A stretch of 64,000 bases of DNA from Blastocatellia bacterium (GCA_021463145.1 JAJTWZ010000010.1:6766-70765), one strand, 5' to 3'. Numbered from the stretch's first letter, positions 10,008 to 20,421 are shown. Notes: generated by a model from the sequence alone, not told the origin. Numbers and translations: made by a program.

Positions 10008-10517
10008 TTACCAGTCGCCGGCCTTGATTCGCTTCTTGATCTTCCGCTTGATCAGGTCGCGTTTGAGCGCGCTGAGGTGGCTGATGAAGACGATGCCGTT
10101 CAGGTGGTCGTTCTCGTGAAGGATGCACCGGGCCGAAAGATCCGTCGTGTCGATATCGAACCAGTTGCCCTTGACGTCCTGCGCTCGCGCGATCACGCGC
10201 TGCGGGCGATCGACCTGAAAGTAGATGCCCGGGAAGCTGAGGCACCCTTCGTCGCCTACCTGGCTGCCTTCGGTGGAGACGATCTCGGGATTGATCAGGG
10301 CCAGACGCTCCTGAACTCCGTCCTTCGTCGAGCAGTCCATCACGAAGAGCCGCTTGGAAACCCCGACCTGCGGCGCAGCGAGCCCGACGCCCGGCGCGGC
10401 GTACATCGTTTCGAACATGTCGTCGACGAGCCGCTTCAATTCGGTGTCGAACTCCACGACCGGATCGGCCGTCCTGGCGAGCACCGGATCGCCGTACTTT
10501 CGAATCTCGCGCATCAT
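10008..10517 (-). CDS. def: Peptide deformylase
   Basis: The three deformylase motifs are present: GVGLAAPQVG, EGCLSFPG and HENDHLNG. The protein is 169 aa. Confidence 0.93.
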   Translation of the reverse strand: MMREIRKYGDPVLARTADPVVEFDTELKRLVDDMFETMYAAPGVGLAAPQVGVSKRLFVMDCSTKDGVQERLALINPEIVSTEGSQVGDEGCLSFPGIYFQVDRPQRVIARAQDVKGNWFDIDTTDLSARCILHENDHLNGIVFISHLSALKRDLIKRKIKKRIKAGDW

Positions 10518-10852
10518 TCCGCGTTGTCACTCCCTCTCGAGCGTTCGTCGAGCGCTTGCCGCTCGCGACGCTTCTCTTCTATCAGCGAATTCATTGCCGC
10601 GACTCGTTCGCGATAGTGGCCGATCTCGCGCCACGCCACGAGCGCAAGCCCCAGAACCGTCAGCACGACCCCATACAACGTGTGGGTCGCGTATCCGATG
10701 GCAAAGCCAACGAACAGGATCACGACCAGCAGGGAATAATACACGAGCCCGTGAGTACGGGTCGCGTCGATCGAAAGCTGCAACTCACGCAGTTCTTCGT
10801 CGACCTCGCCCAGACGTTTCCTCAGGCCGTCGTTGTCCATGTCCGGCCTCAA
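10514..10852 (-). CDS. Hypothetical small membrane protein (two predicted transmembrane helices flanked by coiled-coil or charged segments)
   Basis: The 112 aa ORF overlaps aroC upstream and def downstream by 4 nt each, which suggests operon membership. The hydrophobic core is [39 protein letters not shown]. No family was recognised. Confidence 0.5.
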   Translation of the reverse strand: MRPDMDNDGLRKRLGEVDEELRELQLSIDATRTHGLVYYSLLVVILFVGFAIGYATHTLYGVVLTVLGLALVAWREIGHYRERVAAMNSLIEEKRRERQALDERSRGSDNAE

Positions 10853-12024
10853 TATCGGGCCACCTGCGCCAGATAGCCTTCAAGATTCCGGCGCATCTCG
10901 GAAAGAGAATCGCCGCCGAATTTCTCGCGCATCGCAGAGGCACAGACCATCGCGATCATCGCCTCACCAATGACGCCTGCCGCCGGGACGGCGGTAATGT
11001 CCGAGCGCTCGAAGGCCGCGTCGGACGGTTCCTTCGTTTCGACGTCCACGGACCGGAGCCGCGATCGCAGGGTGGCGATCGGCTTCAGATAGCCGCGGAC
11101 GCGCAACTCTTCACCTGAAGTGACTCCGCCTTCGAGGCCACCGGCCCGGTTCGACGATCGGCCGAACGCGGCGCTCTCCGCTTCGTAGGTGATCTCGTCG
11201 TGAACGGCCGATCCCGGCATCCGCGCAGCGGCGACACCGGTGCCGATCTCGACGCCCTTCACGGCGTGAATAGACATGACGGCCTGGGCGAGCCGTCCGT
11301 CGAGTTTGGTTGTCCAACTGGTATGCGAGCCGAGGCCCGGCGGCAATCCTCGGACCACGACCTCGAAAATTCCGCCAAGGGTGTCGCCGGCGCGGCGAGC
11401 TTCGTCCACAGCTTCGACCATCAGAGCTTCGACGCCCGGATCGGAGCAGCGGAGCGGGCGTTCGTCCCCGATGGCAACGATGTCTTCCCAGGCCACGAGA
11501 CCATCCGGGATTGCCGGCGGAATTGAGCCGAGCGAAATCACGTGACTCGCAACCTGTATGTCGAATGCCGAAAGCAACTGGCGAGCGAGACCACCCGCGG
11601 CCACGCGGGCCGCGGTTTCACGGGCGCTGGCACGCTCGAGCACGTCCCGCAGATCGTGCCTGTCGTATTTCAGTCCGCCTGCCAGGTCCGCGTGACCGGG
11701 CCGGGGCCGTGTGACGCGGCGGGCCTTCCCGGGATCGAGCTCGCGCGGCTCGGACGACATCACGTCAAGCCAGTTCTGGTGGTCACGATTCTCGATAAGC
11801 AGCGCGACTGGGGAACCGAGTGTCTCTCCGTGACGAATACCCGAGAGCACTTCGGCCGAATCGCGTTCGATCTTCATGCGGCCGCCGCGGCCGTAGCCCT
11901 GCTGCCGCCGCCAGAGTTGGTGGTTGACCGCGCCAAGATCGATCGGAACGCCGGCTGGCAGTCCCTCGACGATCGTCACGAGCGCGCGTCCATGCGACTC
12001 ACCGGCAGTGGTAAAGGTCAGCAC
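10849..12024 (-). CDS. aroC: Chorismate synthase
   Basis: Full-length similarity to chorismate synthases, with an N-terminus typical of the family ([22 protein letters not shown]...[11 protein letters not shown]). Confidence 0.93.
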   Translation of the reverse strand: MLTFTTAGESHGRALVTIVEGLPAGVPIDLGAVNHQLWRRQQGYGRGGRMKIERDSAEVLSGIRHGETLGSPVALLIENRDHQNWLDVMSSEPRELDPGKARRVTRPRPGHADLAGGLKYDRHDLRDVLERASARETAARVAAGGLARQLLSAFDIQVASHVISLGSIPPAIPDGLVAWEDIVAIGDERPLRCSDPGVEALMVEAVDEARRAGDTLGGIFEVVVRGLPPGLGSHTSWTTKLDGRLAQAVMSIHAVKGVEIGTGVAAARMPGSAVHDEITYEAESAAFGRSSNRAGGLEGGVTSGEELRVRGYLKPIATLRSRLRSVDVETKEPSDAAFERSDITAVPAAGVIGEAMIAMVCASAMREKFGGDSLSEMRRNLEGYLAQVARY

Positions 12025-12124
12025 GCGCGTGAGTATAGCCGCATCCGACTTCGCGCGTGGCTATTTGCCGGGCCGGCCCGGAACTGTCACGTCTCTGCGA
12101 ACGGCCCGGGTCCGCCTGGAGCGG

Positions 12125-12985
12125 CTACGCGTGCCGGCTCCGCGTCAGATACCGCACCGCCAGATTCAACGCGAGGATTAACAGGACGAGCGTGAATGCC
12201 GCCGCCCATGCCTTCCGATGCCAGTCGTCGTACGGCGAGATCGAGTACGAGTAAATCTGCGCAGGAATCGACGCCATCGGCTTGTGGAGCGACGTCGTCC
12301 AGAGTGTGCTCCCAAGCGCCGTGAAGAGCAGAGGCGCCGTCTCTCCCATTGCGCGCGACACGGCGAGCAGGACTCCGGTCGCGATTCCGCTCGCCGCCGA
12401 CGCGAGCACGACGTCGATCGTGACACGCCACTTCGGTGCGCCGACGGCGAGTCCCGCGTCGCGCAGCGACTGTGGGACGAGCCGGAGCGTCTCTTCGCTC
12501 GTACGGACGACGACAGGCAGCATGATGATCGCGAGAGCAACGCCACCGGCGAGACCCGAGAAGCTGCGCATCGGCAGCACGATGAGCGTATAGGCAAAGA
12601 TGCCTACGACGATCGACGGAATCCCGGCGAGGACGTCGGTCAGGAAGCGGAGGATCTGTGCGAACAGGCCCGTCCCGAACTCCGACAGGTAGATCGCCGC
12701 GAGGATTCCGACCGGCACCGAGATCGCCATCGCGAGCGCGAGCATGATTAACGAGCCGGCGATCGCGTTAACGATCCCGCCTCCCGTTTCGCCCGCCGGC
12801 TTCGGCAACTCGGTGAAGAACGCCACGTCGAGGGAGCCGACTCCCTTATAGGCCATGTACGCGAGAATGATGACGAGGATGGCGATAACGAGGACCGCCG
12901 CGGCGCCCGTTGCCAGGCGCGCCGCCGCGTCGAGGGCAATGCGCCATCGATAGCCACGACCGTACTGCGGCGCCGTTGCGCTCAT
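12125..12985 (-). CDS. pstA: Phosphate ABC transporter permease PstA
   Basis: The protein is a polytopic permease carrying the ABC-permease EAA-like loop. It lies directly downstream of pstC. The start is placed at the ATG at 12985 (MSATAPQ), preceded by a strong GGAAGGGAGGG ribosome-binding site and 1 nt after the pstC stop. The track ORF extends to 13057. Confidence 0.9.
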   Translation of the reverse strand: MSATAPQYGRGYRWRIALDAAARLATGAAAVLVIAILVIILAYMAYKGVGSLDVAFFTELPKPAGETGGGIVNAIAGSLIMLALAMAISVPVGILAAIYLSEFGTGLFAQILRFLTDVLAGIPSIVVGIFAYTLIVLPMRSFSGLAGGVALAIIMLPVVVRTSEETLRLVPQSLRDAGLAVGAPKWRVTIDVVLASAASGIATGVLLAVSRAMGETAPLLFTALGSTLWTTSLHKPMASIPAQIYSYSISPYDDWHRKAWAAAFTLVLLILALNLAVRYLTRSRHA

Positions 12986-12986
12986 G

Positions 12987-13964
12987 TCAGCCCTCCCTTC
13001 CGATCGACCGGCCGCGCGTCGCGCGCCAGACGAGAAGCTGCGCGAGCGCGCGAACACCGAAACTCACGAGAAACAACAGGACGCCGACCTCGATGAGTGC
13101 ACTCATATAGAGTTTCGAGTTCGCTTCGGGAAACTCGTTCGCGATGACGCTCGCCATCGAGTACCCGGGCGCGAAGAGCGACGCGTTGATATCCGCGCGG
13201 TTGCCGATCACCATCGTCACGGCCATCGTCTCGCCCACGGCGCGCGCAAGGCCGAGGATGATAGCCCCCGTGATGCCGGGAAGCGCGTACTGGAACACGA
13301 CACGGACAGCTTCCCATTGGGTGGCGCCGAGCGCGAGGGCGCCGTCGCGCTGATGCTGCGGCACCGCCGCGAGAACGTCGCGCGACACTGCCGTGACGAT
13401 CGGCGTGATCATGATGGCGAGAATCAGTCCGGACGTGAGCATACCGACGCCGTACGACGGACCTTCGAACAGCGGCATCCAGCCGAGCGCCGAGATGAAC
13501 GGTGGTGCGACGGTGTCGCGCATGAACGGCACGAGCACGAAGATTCCCCACAGGCCGAACGCGACGCTCGGAATGGCTGCGAGCAATTCGACGACTGAGA
13601 TGACGGGTCGCCGAAGCGCCATCGGGGCCTGGTAGGTCACGAAGAGCGCAACCGCGATGCTGATTGGAACCGCGACGACGAGCGCTACACCCGAACTGAC
13701 GATCGTTCCGTAGACGAACGGCAAAGCGCCGAACCGTTCGACCGGCGGGTTCCAGTCCGTCCCGTACACGAACGCGAGGCCGTACCGCGAGATCGTCAGC
13801 CACGAGCCTCGCAGCATCTCGAACAGCATCAACGCGATGAGGACGAGCACGGAGAATGCGAAGACGAACGTCACCGCGTGGAAGACGAAGTCGCCGGCAT
13901 GTGCCGGACGAAGCCGCCCGATGAGCGAAGCGCTCGGCTGCGGGCTCGGTACGGTAGTGTCCAT
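12987..13964 (-). CDS. pstC: Phosphate ABC transporter permease PstC
   Basis: The protein aligns with E. coli PstC from an internal ATG at 13964 (MDTTVPS...GLAFVYGTDWNPP...), which is preceded by GGAG. The track ORF starts at a GTG at 14033, which remains an alternative start. Confidence 0.88.
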   Translation of the reverse strand: MDTTVPSPQPSASLIGRLRPAHAGDFVFHAVTFVFAFSVLVLIALMLFEMLRGSWLTISRYGLAFVYGTDWNPPVERFGALPFVYGTIVSSGVALVVAVPISIAVALFVTYQAPMALRRPVISVVELLAAIPSVAFGLWGIFVLVPFMRDTVAPPFISALGWMPLFEGPSYGVGMLTSGLILAIMITPIVTAVSRDVLAAVPQHQRDGALALGATQWEAVRVVFQYALPGITGAIILGLARAVGETMAVTMVIGNRADINASLFAPGYSMASVIANEFPEANSKLYMSALIEVGVLLFLVSFGVRALAQLLVWRATRGRSIGREG

Positions 13965-14050
13965 CGTGGAGGGCTCCGTGGGCTGTGCTGGAAGCGCCGG
14001 GACGGAGCGAGTATCGACCACCCGCTCCGTCACGGTATGGCGGGAAGGGA

Positions 14051-15145
14051 CTACGCGAGAAGCGCCTTACCGGCGTGGTTCACGAGCTTGAGCTTCGCTT
14101 CGGCCTTCGCCCGAATCGCCGCCGGAAGCGGAGCGAAGACGAGCTCTCTGGCCATCGCCTCGCCGTCCTTCAACGCCCACGCGATGAAATCGACGAGGGC
14201 CTTGCCCTTTACTGCATCGTCCTGATCCTTGTAGACGAGGAGGTACGTGAAGCCAGAGATCGGGTACGACGCCTCACCGGCCGCATTCGTGATCGAAACG
14301 CGAAGATCGTCGGGGATCGACGTCGCCACGCCATCGGCCGCGGCCGTGACCGAGTCGAGCGTCGGCTCGACGAACTTGCCGGCCGAGTTCTTCATCTTTG
14401 CCGTGGCGAGCCCGTTGTTCTTCGCATAGATGAGCTCGACATAGCTGACCGCACCGGGCGTGTTCTTCACGTAACCGGCAACGCCGTCGTTGCCCTTGTT
14501 GCCCGGTCCGACCGGCCACTTCACCGTCGTGCCGGTTCCGACCTTCTCCTTCCACTCGGGACTGACCTTCGAAAGGAAGTCGACGAAGATCGCCGTCGTG
14601 CCGCTACCGTCTGCGCGGTTCGTCACGGCGATGTCGGAGCTCGGAAGCGCGCCGCCGGGGTTGAGCGCGGCGAGCTTCGGATCGTTCCACTTCGTGATCT
14701 TGCCGAGGAAGATCTCGGCGGTTGTCTCGCCATCGAGGTTCAGCGGTTCCTCGAGGCCGGCGAGGTTGTACGTCACGACGACCGCGCCGAGCACCGTAGG
14801 AATGTGGAGGATCTCCTTCGACGCCGTCTCGAGCTGCTCGTCGGTCATCGGCGCGTCGGTCGCGCCGAAGTCGACCGTTCGCTCGGATATCTGTTTGATG
14901 CCGCCTCCCGATCCGATCGACTGGTAGTCGATTCTTACGCCGGGGTTCGCGCGGTTGTACTCCGACGTCCATTTCGAATAGAGGGGGCCCGGAAACGAGG
15001 CGCCAGCGCCTTGCAGTGTAAGTCCCGCGCCAGTGCTGGACATTGCTCCCGGAGTTACCGGACCGTCGCTCGTTTGCCCGCACGCCGTGCCGAGCAGAAC
15101 GAGCGCGACGAATCCGGCCAGTGCTGCCCGTGTGTCAAGTCGCAT
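14051..15145 (-). CDS. pstS: Phosphate-binding periplasmic protein PstS
   Basis: The N-terminus is signal-peptide/lipoprotein-like (VALVLLGTACGQ). PstS/PBP-superfamily motifs follow (GAGASFPGPLYSKW, GSGGGIKQ, NRADGSGTT). An AGGAGA ribosome-binding site precedes the start. Confidence 0.9.
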   Translation of the reverse strand: MRLDTRAALAGFVALVLLGTACGQTSDGPVTPGAMSSTGAGLTLQGAGASFPGPLYSKWTSEYNRANPGVRIDYQSIGSGGGIKQISERTVDFGATDAPMTDEQLETASKEILHIPTVLGAVVVTYNLAGLEEPLNLDGETTAEIFLGKITKWNDPKLAALNPGGALPSSDIAVTNRADGSGTTAIFVDFLSKVSPEWKEKVGTGTTVKWPVGPGNKGNDGVAGYVKNTPGAVSYVELIYAKNNGLATAKMKNSAGKFVEPTLDSVTAAADGVATSIPDDLRVSITNAAGEASYPISGFTYLLVYKDQDDAVKGKALVDFIAWALKDGEAMARELVFAPLPAAIRAKAEAKLKLVNHAGKALLA

Positions 15146-15206
15146 CGCCGCGATCTCCTGTTCATAGTCGTCAGATTCCGAACGCCCGGAATGCTAGCGG
15201 GCGCGT

Positions 15207-15234
15207 GTGAACGGAGAGTGAAGCGGTTGTGAAA
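15207..15234 (-). promoter_or_regulatory. Candidate Pho box: three GTTCAC-type direct repeats at exact 11-bp spacing upstream of pstS
   Basis: The plus strand reads GTGAAC (15207), GTGAAG (15218) and GTGAAA (15229). On the pstS coding strand this is TTTCAC-N5-CTTCAC-N5-GTTCAC, oriented toward pstS and ending about 60 bp upstream of its start. The 11-bp periodicity matches PhoB/PhoP-type (OmpR-family) direct-repeat sites. Confidence 0.5.
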
Positions 15235-15276
15235 TGTACGTGTCTCGACCGGGCGGGATGAAGGCGGAGCGAGCGC

Positions 15277-16395
15277 TCATGGAAGCTCGTGCCGGGCCGG
15301 AAGCTCTACTATGAAGGTCGAGCCTTTCGACGGTTCGCTTTCGACCGAAACGGCGCCGCCGTGAGCCAAAGCGAGATGCTTCACGATCGCGAGTCCGAGT
15401 CCGGAGCCGCCGGCCACTCGAGACCGCGATCGGTCCGTACGGAAGAGCCGTTCGAACACGCGCGGCAGGTCCGTGGCCGAGATTCCGGCGCCTTCGTCGC
15501 GCACGCGGATGATCGACGCCCCCATCTCGCCCCGCCCGGCGCGGACCTCGACGCGCCCGCCCGGTTGACTGAACTTGATCGCGTTGTCGATCAGGTTGTC
15601 GAGAATCTGTTCGAGGCGATGGCGATCGGCGACGACGCGGAAGCCTCCAGTGACTCCATTTTCCAGAGAAACGCCGGCGGATCTCGCGCGCAACGAGGCG
15701 AGCGTGAACATCTCGTCGACGATCACCGACAGGTCGTGGGCCTCGACGTTGAGTGCGACTTCACCCGACTCGATCATCGACAAGTCGGTGAGGTCGTGCA
15801 CGAGCGACTGCATGCGAAGCGCGTTCTTCTGGACGATTTCGAGAAATCGAACGTTGTTGGCAGGGTCTTCGATCGCGCCGCCGAGCAGCGTTTCGATGCT
15901 GGCGAGCACTGCAGTCAGCGGCGTCCGCAACTCGTGCGAGAGGTTGGCGAGGAAGTCGCGCCGGATTCTCTCCAGGCGCTCGATCTCGGTAATGTCGAAG
16001 AAGACGCCGGCGGCGCCCGCGATCCCCGGTTCGGGACTTGTGGGGCCAATTGGTGCGACGTTGAGCGAGAATGTCCGCATCCCGCGACGGCGCACCTCGA
16101 CGCGACGCTGCTCGGGGGTCCCGGAAGTCAATACGGACCGGAAGGCGGCGTTGATGTCCGGGTCGCGCGTTACGTCGATGAGTCTTGGGCGCGGTAACGG
16201 GTTGCGCTCCGGCAGATCGAATATGCTGGCGGCGGCGTGGTTGTACAGGATCACCTCCGTCCTGCTGTCGATCGCGACGATGCACTCCTGCATGCCGTCG
16301 AGGACCGCTTCCATCAGTTGACCAATGTCATCCATCACTTGCGATACCGGCCTCTCCTCGGAACCTGGCGGTGCCTTCTTTCTGGTGCGAGGCAT
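15277..16395 (-). CDS. phoR: Phosphate regulon sensor histidine kinase PhoR (PAS, HisKA and HATPase domains)
   Basis: The H-box is LSHELRTPLTAV, and N, G1 and G2 ATPase motifs are present (DNAIKF, DEGAGI, GGSGLGLAIV). An N-terminal PAS-like region is present. The gene is adjacent to phoB and phoU. Confidence 0.85.
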   Translation of the reverse strand: MPRTRKKAPPGSEERPVSQVMDDIGQLMEAVLDGMQECIVAIDSRTEVILYNHAAASIFDLPERNPLPRPRLIDVTRDPDINAAFRSVLTSGTPEQRRVEVRRRGMRTFSLNVAPIGPTSPEPGIAGAAGVFFDITEIERLERIRRDFLANLSHELRTPLTAVLASIETLLGGAIEDPANNVRFLEIVQKNALRMQSLVHDLTDLSMIESGEVALNVEAHDLSVIVDEMFTLASLRARSAGVSLENGVTGGFRVVADRHRLEQILDNLIDNAIKFSQPGGRVEVRAGRGEMGASIIRVRDEGAGISATDLPRVFERLFRTDRSRSRVAGGSGLGLAIVKHLALAHGGAVSVESEPSKGSTFIVELPARHELP

Positions 16396-16439
16396 TCAGT
16401 CCTCAGTCGATGTCCGCAGTGAAGGCCGTTCCGTTGCGC

Positions 16440-17171
16440 TCACGGCTCCGATCGCGAGTTCTTCGTCTGGCCGACGAAACGATATCCGACACCTATGACG
16501 GTTTCTATGTACGAATCGAGGTTCAACTTCTTGCGCACACGCCGGATATGCACGTCCAGCGTGCGCGATTCGCCGTAGTAGTCGAGGCCCCAGACCCTGT
16601 CGAGCAGGTAGTCGCGCGTGAGCACGCGGCCCTTCGCCTCCGAGAGCAGGCGAAGCAGCGCGAACTCCTTGCGGGTGAGACCGACTGTCTCGCCGTCGAC
16701 GGAGACGATGAAATTGTCGTAGTCGATGAAGAGGCGATCGTCGGAGTAGGTGGGCGCCGGCCCCGAATCGCTCTCGGTGCGCCGCAGCACGGCGTGGATG
16801 CGTGCAACCAGTTCTCGCATGCTGAAAGGCTTGACTATGTAGTCGTCAGCTCCCAGTTGAAGGCCCAGCACCCGGTCGTTCTCGTCCGTTCGCGCCGTCA
16901 AAAGGAGAATCGGAATGCGCGATGTCTCTTCGTCGCGGCGCAGCCGGCGGCATAGCTCGAAGCCACTCATGAGCGGCAGGTTGACATCGAGAATCACGGC
17001 GGCCGGGGGCGATCGCAGGATCTCGTTCAGCCCCGCCTCGCCCGTACTAGCCGTCCGAACGTCGTACGTGCCCTCGCGTTCGAGGTTGTAGCGGATGGAA
17101 CTTGCGATGTCTTCATCGTCCTCGACGATCAGGACACGGCGCCGTACTGATCCCGTCGATCCCATTGTCAT
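16440..17171 (-). CDS. phoB: OmpR-family response regulator PhoB
   Basis: The receiver domain (VLIVEDDEDI...ILDVNLPLMSGFELC...KPF) is followed by an OmpR/PhoB winged-helix domain (LTRKEFALLRLL...VLTRDYLLDRVWG...RTLDVHIRRVRKKL). The gene overlaps the phoU stop by 4 nt. Confidence 0.9.
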   Translation of the reverse strand: MTMGSTGSVRRRVLIVEDDEDIASSIRYNLEREGTYDVRTASTGEAGLNEILRSPPAAVILDVNLPLMSGFELCRRLRRDEETSRIPILLLTARTDENDRVLGLQLGADDYIVKPFSMRELVARIHAVLRRTESDSGPAPTYSDDRLFIDYDNFIVSVDGETVGLTRKEFALLRLLSEAKGRVLTRDYLLDRVWGLDYYGESRTLDVHIRRVRKKLNLDSYIETVIGVGYRFVGQTKNSRSEP

Positions 17172-17827
17172 TCCTCGATGACGTGCTTGATGACGTTACC
17201 GCGCTTTATGTACACGACGAGCTCGCAGAGGTTCGTGACATAGTCGGCAATTCGCTCGAGGTGCTTGCTCACGAGCACGAGCTCCACGGCGCGCGGCACG
17301 CACGCTGGATCTTCCATCATGCACGCCGTGAGCTCTCGGGTGACCTGCCGATGCATCGCGTCCACTTCGTCGTCGCGGCGGATGACCCCCCAGGCGCGAT
17401 CGGGATCCACGCTGGTGAAGGCGTCGAGCCCGGCGACGAGCATCTCCTGGACGATCGCGCTCATGCGCGGAATGTCGACATAGACCTTCATCTGCGGTTC
17501 GTTGTTGAGCTTGATTGCGTGCTTCGCAATGTTGACCGCGTGATCGGCAATTCGCTCGATGTTGGGAGCGGCTTTTGCGACTCCTACAACGAAACGGAGG
17601 TCAGACGCCGCGGGCTGTTGCAGGACAAGCGTGTCGATGCACGCTTCGTCCAGCTCGAGCTCGAGCCGGTCGATTCGATCGTCGTCACTGATGACCTGGT
17701 TGGCGATGGACGAGTCTCGCTCGACCAGCGCGCGAGTCGCGCGCGCGATGGCGGATTCCGCTGCTCCCCCCATGATGAGAATCTTGTCGCGGAGCAGGTG
17801 AAGATCGGGATCTATCGGTCTGTGCAT
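17168..17827 (-). CDS. phoU: Phosphate signalling complex protein PhoU
   Basis: The protein has the two-repeat PhoU architecture (DDRIDRLELELDEAC ... DDEVDAMHRQV; paired ERIADHAVNIAK and ERIADYVTNLCE motifs). Confidence 0.9.
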   Translation of the reverse strand: MHRPIDPDLHLLRDKILIMGGAAESAIARATRALVERDSSIANQVISDDDRIDRLELELDEACIDTLVLQQPAASDLRFVVGVAKAAPNIERIADHAVNIAKHAIKLNNEPQMKVYVDIPRMSAIVQEMLVAGLDAFTSVDPDRAWGVIRRDDEVDAMHRQVTRELTACMMEDPACVPRAVELVLVSKHLERIADYVTNLCELVVYIKRGNVIKHVIEE

Positions 17828-17851
17828 CGCCGTTCCTTTCGCCGTTCGTCT

Positions 17852-18736
17852 TCAGCCAAACCGGCCTGTGACGTAATCCTCGGTCATCCGTTCGTCCGGA
17901 TTAGTGAAAATCTGCTCCGTCGGATTGAATTCGACGAGCTTACCGAGCCAGAAGAATGCCGTGAGATCGGAGACCCGCGCTGCCTGCTGCATATTGTGCG
18001 TGACGATGACGATAGTGTATTCGCCCTTCAGCTCGGCTATCAGTTCCTCGATCTTCTGCGTCGCGATGGGGTCGAGCGCCGAACAGGGCTCGTCCATGAG
18101 AATGACTTCGGGCTCGACGGCGAGCGCCCGGGCGATGCACAGCCGCTGCTGCTGCCCGCCCGAGAGGCCGAGCGCCGAGTCCTCGAGACGGTCCTTCACC
18201 TCGTCCCAGAGCGCGGCGCCGCGCAGTGCGCGCTCGACGCGGGCGTCGAGATCCGGCTTCGACGCGTGCATCCGGTTGATCCGAATGCCGTACGCGGTGT
18301 TGTCGTAGATCGACTTCGGGAACGGGTTCGACTTCTGGAATACCATTCCGACCCGGCGACGCAGGCCCACGACGTCGGTGCGGGGCGCGTATATGTCGCA
18401 ACCGTCAATTGCGATTCTCCCTGTCACCCGAGAGCCTGGTATTGTGTCGTTCATCCTGTTGAAGCAACGCAGAAGCGTAGACTTGCCGCATCCGGACGGT
18501 CCGATGAAGGCCGTGACCTTGCCGGCCGGGATGTTCATCGAGACGTCGAAGAGTGCCTGCGTCGGGCCATAAAAGAAACTTGCATCATCGACGGCGAACT
18601 TCTGCGCCGTGCCGGCTTCTGATCGCCCGTGCCATTCGGACCCGTCCGCTCCAGGCGCAGGCCGGCCTGCCGCGCCTGGAAAGTCGTTTTCATTGCTGAC
18701 GTTCACGGGTTGAAATTCCACTTGGTATCCGTCCAT
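17852..18736 (-). CDS. pstB: Phosphate ABC transporter ATP-binding protein PstB
   Basis: The Walker A motif is GPSGCGKST, the signature is [14 protein letters not shown] and the Walker B is [11 protein letters not shown]. PstB-typical flanks are present ([12 protein letters not shown]; [12 protein letters not shown]). The track ORF has an N-terminal extension of about 40 aa with no internal ATG, so the true start may be a downstream GTG or TTG. Confidence 0.9.
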   Translation of the reverse strand: MDGYQVEFQPVNVSNENDFPGAAGRPAPGADGSEWHGRSEAGTAQKFAVDDASFFYGPTQALFDVSMNIPAGKVTAFIGPSGCGKSTLLRCFNRMNDTIPGSRVTGRIAIDGCDIYAPRTDVVGLRRRVGMVFQKSNPFPKSIYDNTAYGIRINRMHASKPDLDARVERALRGAALWDEVKDRLEDSALGLSGGQQQRLCIARALAVEPEVILMDEPCSALDPIATQKIEELIAELKGEYTIVIVTHNMQQAARVSDLTAFFWLGKLVEFNPTEQIFTNPDERMTEDYVTGRFG

Positions 18737-18771
18737 TCGATTCGATCCGCATTCCTCCGCCGGTCCACGCT

Positions 18772-20277
18772 TCAGAACGAGTAAACAACGTCCAGCTGGA
18801 ATCTATTCAGCCAGCGATTGACGGGCGACACGGTCTGCAGCCGTCGTTGGAGGAAGTACCTGCCCGACAGCTCCACGTTCCTTCGAAGCATATAAGCCGC
18901 CATGGCCCAGTGAAGCACGGAGTTCGTCTGCAACGTGTCGCTTTCCATGAAGACCGACGGGTAAACGTCGCGCTCCGCTTTCCAGAATGCGTAATTGAAG
19001 TACCAGTCGCCCTGCTGCTGGCGCTGTCCGAGTGTGACGAATGCGTAGCCACCGTCTCGCTGGTTGTCGAAGGCGCCGGTGTTGTGCAGCCATTCGACCG
19101 AGAACATCAGCGGAAAGCGCGGATGTAAGCCGGTGTAAGTCAGCTCCCCGAGAGCGTTGACAACCCGGAAGTCGGAACGAAACTCGAGTGCGTTCGTGAA
19201 CGGGTTCCGGACGATTGCGTTCGTGGAACCGTACTCGAGCGAGCCGTTGACGTCCGTCGAGCCTCCGTTTAGCGCAGGCGGGATGACGTTGGCCTGCTCG
19301 AAGTCGTGAAAAGTACCCGCAATCGTCGATGACCAGTTCTTCGACCAACTCCATTCGGTGAGAATCTGTCCACCCAGGATGGTCGCGTCAGCGCCGGCCG
19401 ACCGCTCGCGAAACGGAAGTTGCCACGCGATCAACTGGACGGCGCGCAGCGGGCGGTCTTTGCTGACCCTGAAGCGCAGCCGTTCCGAAGCTCCTTCGAC
19501 GGTCAGGTCGTTGTCGAACGTGAACGCTGTTCGCTTCCAGGTCGGCTCGAACTTTCCGGCGTGCAATTCGAGGTTCACGGGATCGGAGTCGGTTGTGAAT
19601 CTAAGGAACGCGCGCTCGAGGGATACAGGCTTGCGCTCGTAGAAATCGGAGAGGGTCTGATTGGGCGAGATCGGATCCGTGAACGTTCCCGTCGATAGCC
19701 GGAGTCCCCAATCGAAATGGTTGTCGATCCTGCCGCTGATGCCGGCCCGGACGCGAACCCGGAAGCGGTTGCGCGGGCCGGTATCTGCGGGCAGATCGAA
19801 TCCCTGGTTGTAGAAACCCTCGTATCGGAATCGAATATCGCCGGAGAACCTGAAGTTCCCGAAGCGCTTCTCGAGCGTCTCGAGCCGGGTTGCGACCGCG
19901 TCGGCATCTTGATTCGCTGCCGCTGCATCGAGATCCGGCCTCGATGGCGCCGGGGGGGAAACGGATGATTCGGGCGACACGGATGGCAGCTGACCCGGGA
20001 TTGGCGCGACGGATGTCCTGCTGGCGACTTCGGCCTCGAGCCTGGCGATCCGTTCCTGCTGCGCGAGGACGAGACGCTCGAGTCGTTCGAGCGTTTCGGA
20101 CTGGCGGCGGAGCATTTCTTCGACCGTGGCAGGCTTTTCAGCGGGTGCGCCGGCGCGGGGGGCGTGCCTGTCGGCTGTGTCGTCGCCTGCGAGAGCCGCG
20201 GATGTGCTCGCCAGCACTGTAGCTGCAATCGTCAGGAGGCGGAACGGGCGGAACAATCCTGGGGTCATTGGTTTCAT
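18772..20277 (-). CDS. Putative phosphate-selective porin (OprO/OprP-like outer membrane beta-barrel)
   Basis: A signal peptide ([17 protein letters not shown]) is followed by an N-terminal coiled coil and a long region of alternating amphipathic strands that ends in a C-terminal F (VYSF). The gene heads the pstB-phoU-phoBR unit. The family call is from architecture and context and was not searched. An alternative ATG lies 9 nt downstream. Confidence 0.6.
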   Translation of the reverse strand: MKPMTPGLFRPFRLLTIAATVLASTSAALAGDDTADRHAPRAGAPAEKPATVEEMLRRQSETLERLERLVLAQQERIARLEAEVASRTSVAPIPGQLPSVSPESSVSPPAPSRPDLDAAAANQDADAVATRLETLEKRFGNFRFSGDIRFRYEGFYNQGFDLPADTGPRNRFRVRVRAGISGRIDNHFDWGLRLSTGTFTDPISPNQTLSDFYERKPVSLERAFLRFTTDSDPVNLELHAGKFEPTWKRTAFTFDNDLTVEGASERLRFRVSKDRPLRAVQLIAWQLPFRERSAGADATILGGQILTEWSWSKNWSSTIAGTFHDFEQANVIPPALNGGSTDVNGSLEYGSTNAIVRNPFTNALEFRSDFRVVNALGELTYTGLHPRFPLMFSVEWLHNTGAFDNQRDGGYAFVTLGQRQQQGDWYFNYAFWKAERDVYPSVFMESDTLQTNSVLHWAMAAYMLRRNVELSGRYFLQRRLQTVSPVNRWLNRFQLDVVYSF

Positions 20278-20421
20278 CTCCGTCGAAGTCTCGGTCCTGA
20301 ATGTGTCTGAACGGCGGAATGATCTTCACGCGGATGGAAGTCTGCAACGGTCAGTTCGACCAGTTCTCGGCGAGGTTCGTACATTCGAGTCGAATTGTTG
20401 GCGGCACGCTCTTACGGGGCC

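Noticed and set aside
12060-12090. GC palindrome CCGGGCCGGCCCGG between pstA and aroC as a terminator
   Set aside because: There is no adjacent U-tract on the pstA strand and it is only 14 nt. It may be a weak terminator but is not well enough supported to list as a feature.
17852-18736. N-terminal extension of about 40 aa on the pstB ORF
   Set aside because: It is probably an artefact of choosing the longest ORF. Canonical PstB begins near the FFYG motif. It was kept as a start-site uncertainty rather than reported as a novel domain.
20354-20389. Plus-strand GTTC repeats (GTTCGAC, GTTCTCG, GTTCGT, ATTCGAG) upstream of the porin gene
   Set aside because: The spacing is irregular (9, 12 and 8 bp) and the orientation points away from the downstream gene. 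The nearby exact 11-bp GTGAAC-series repeat is the better Pho-box candidate.
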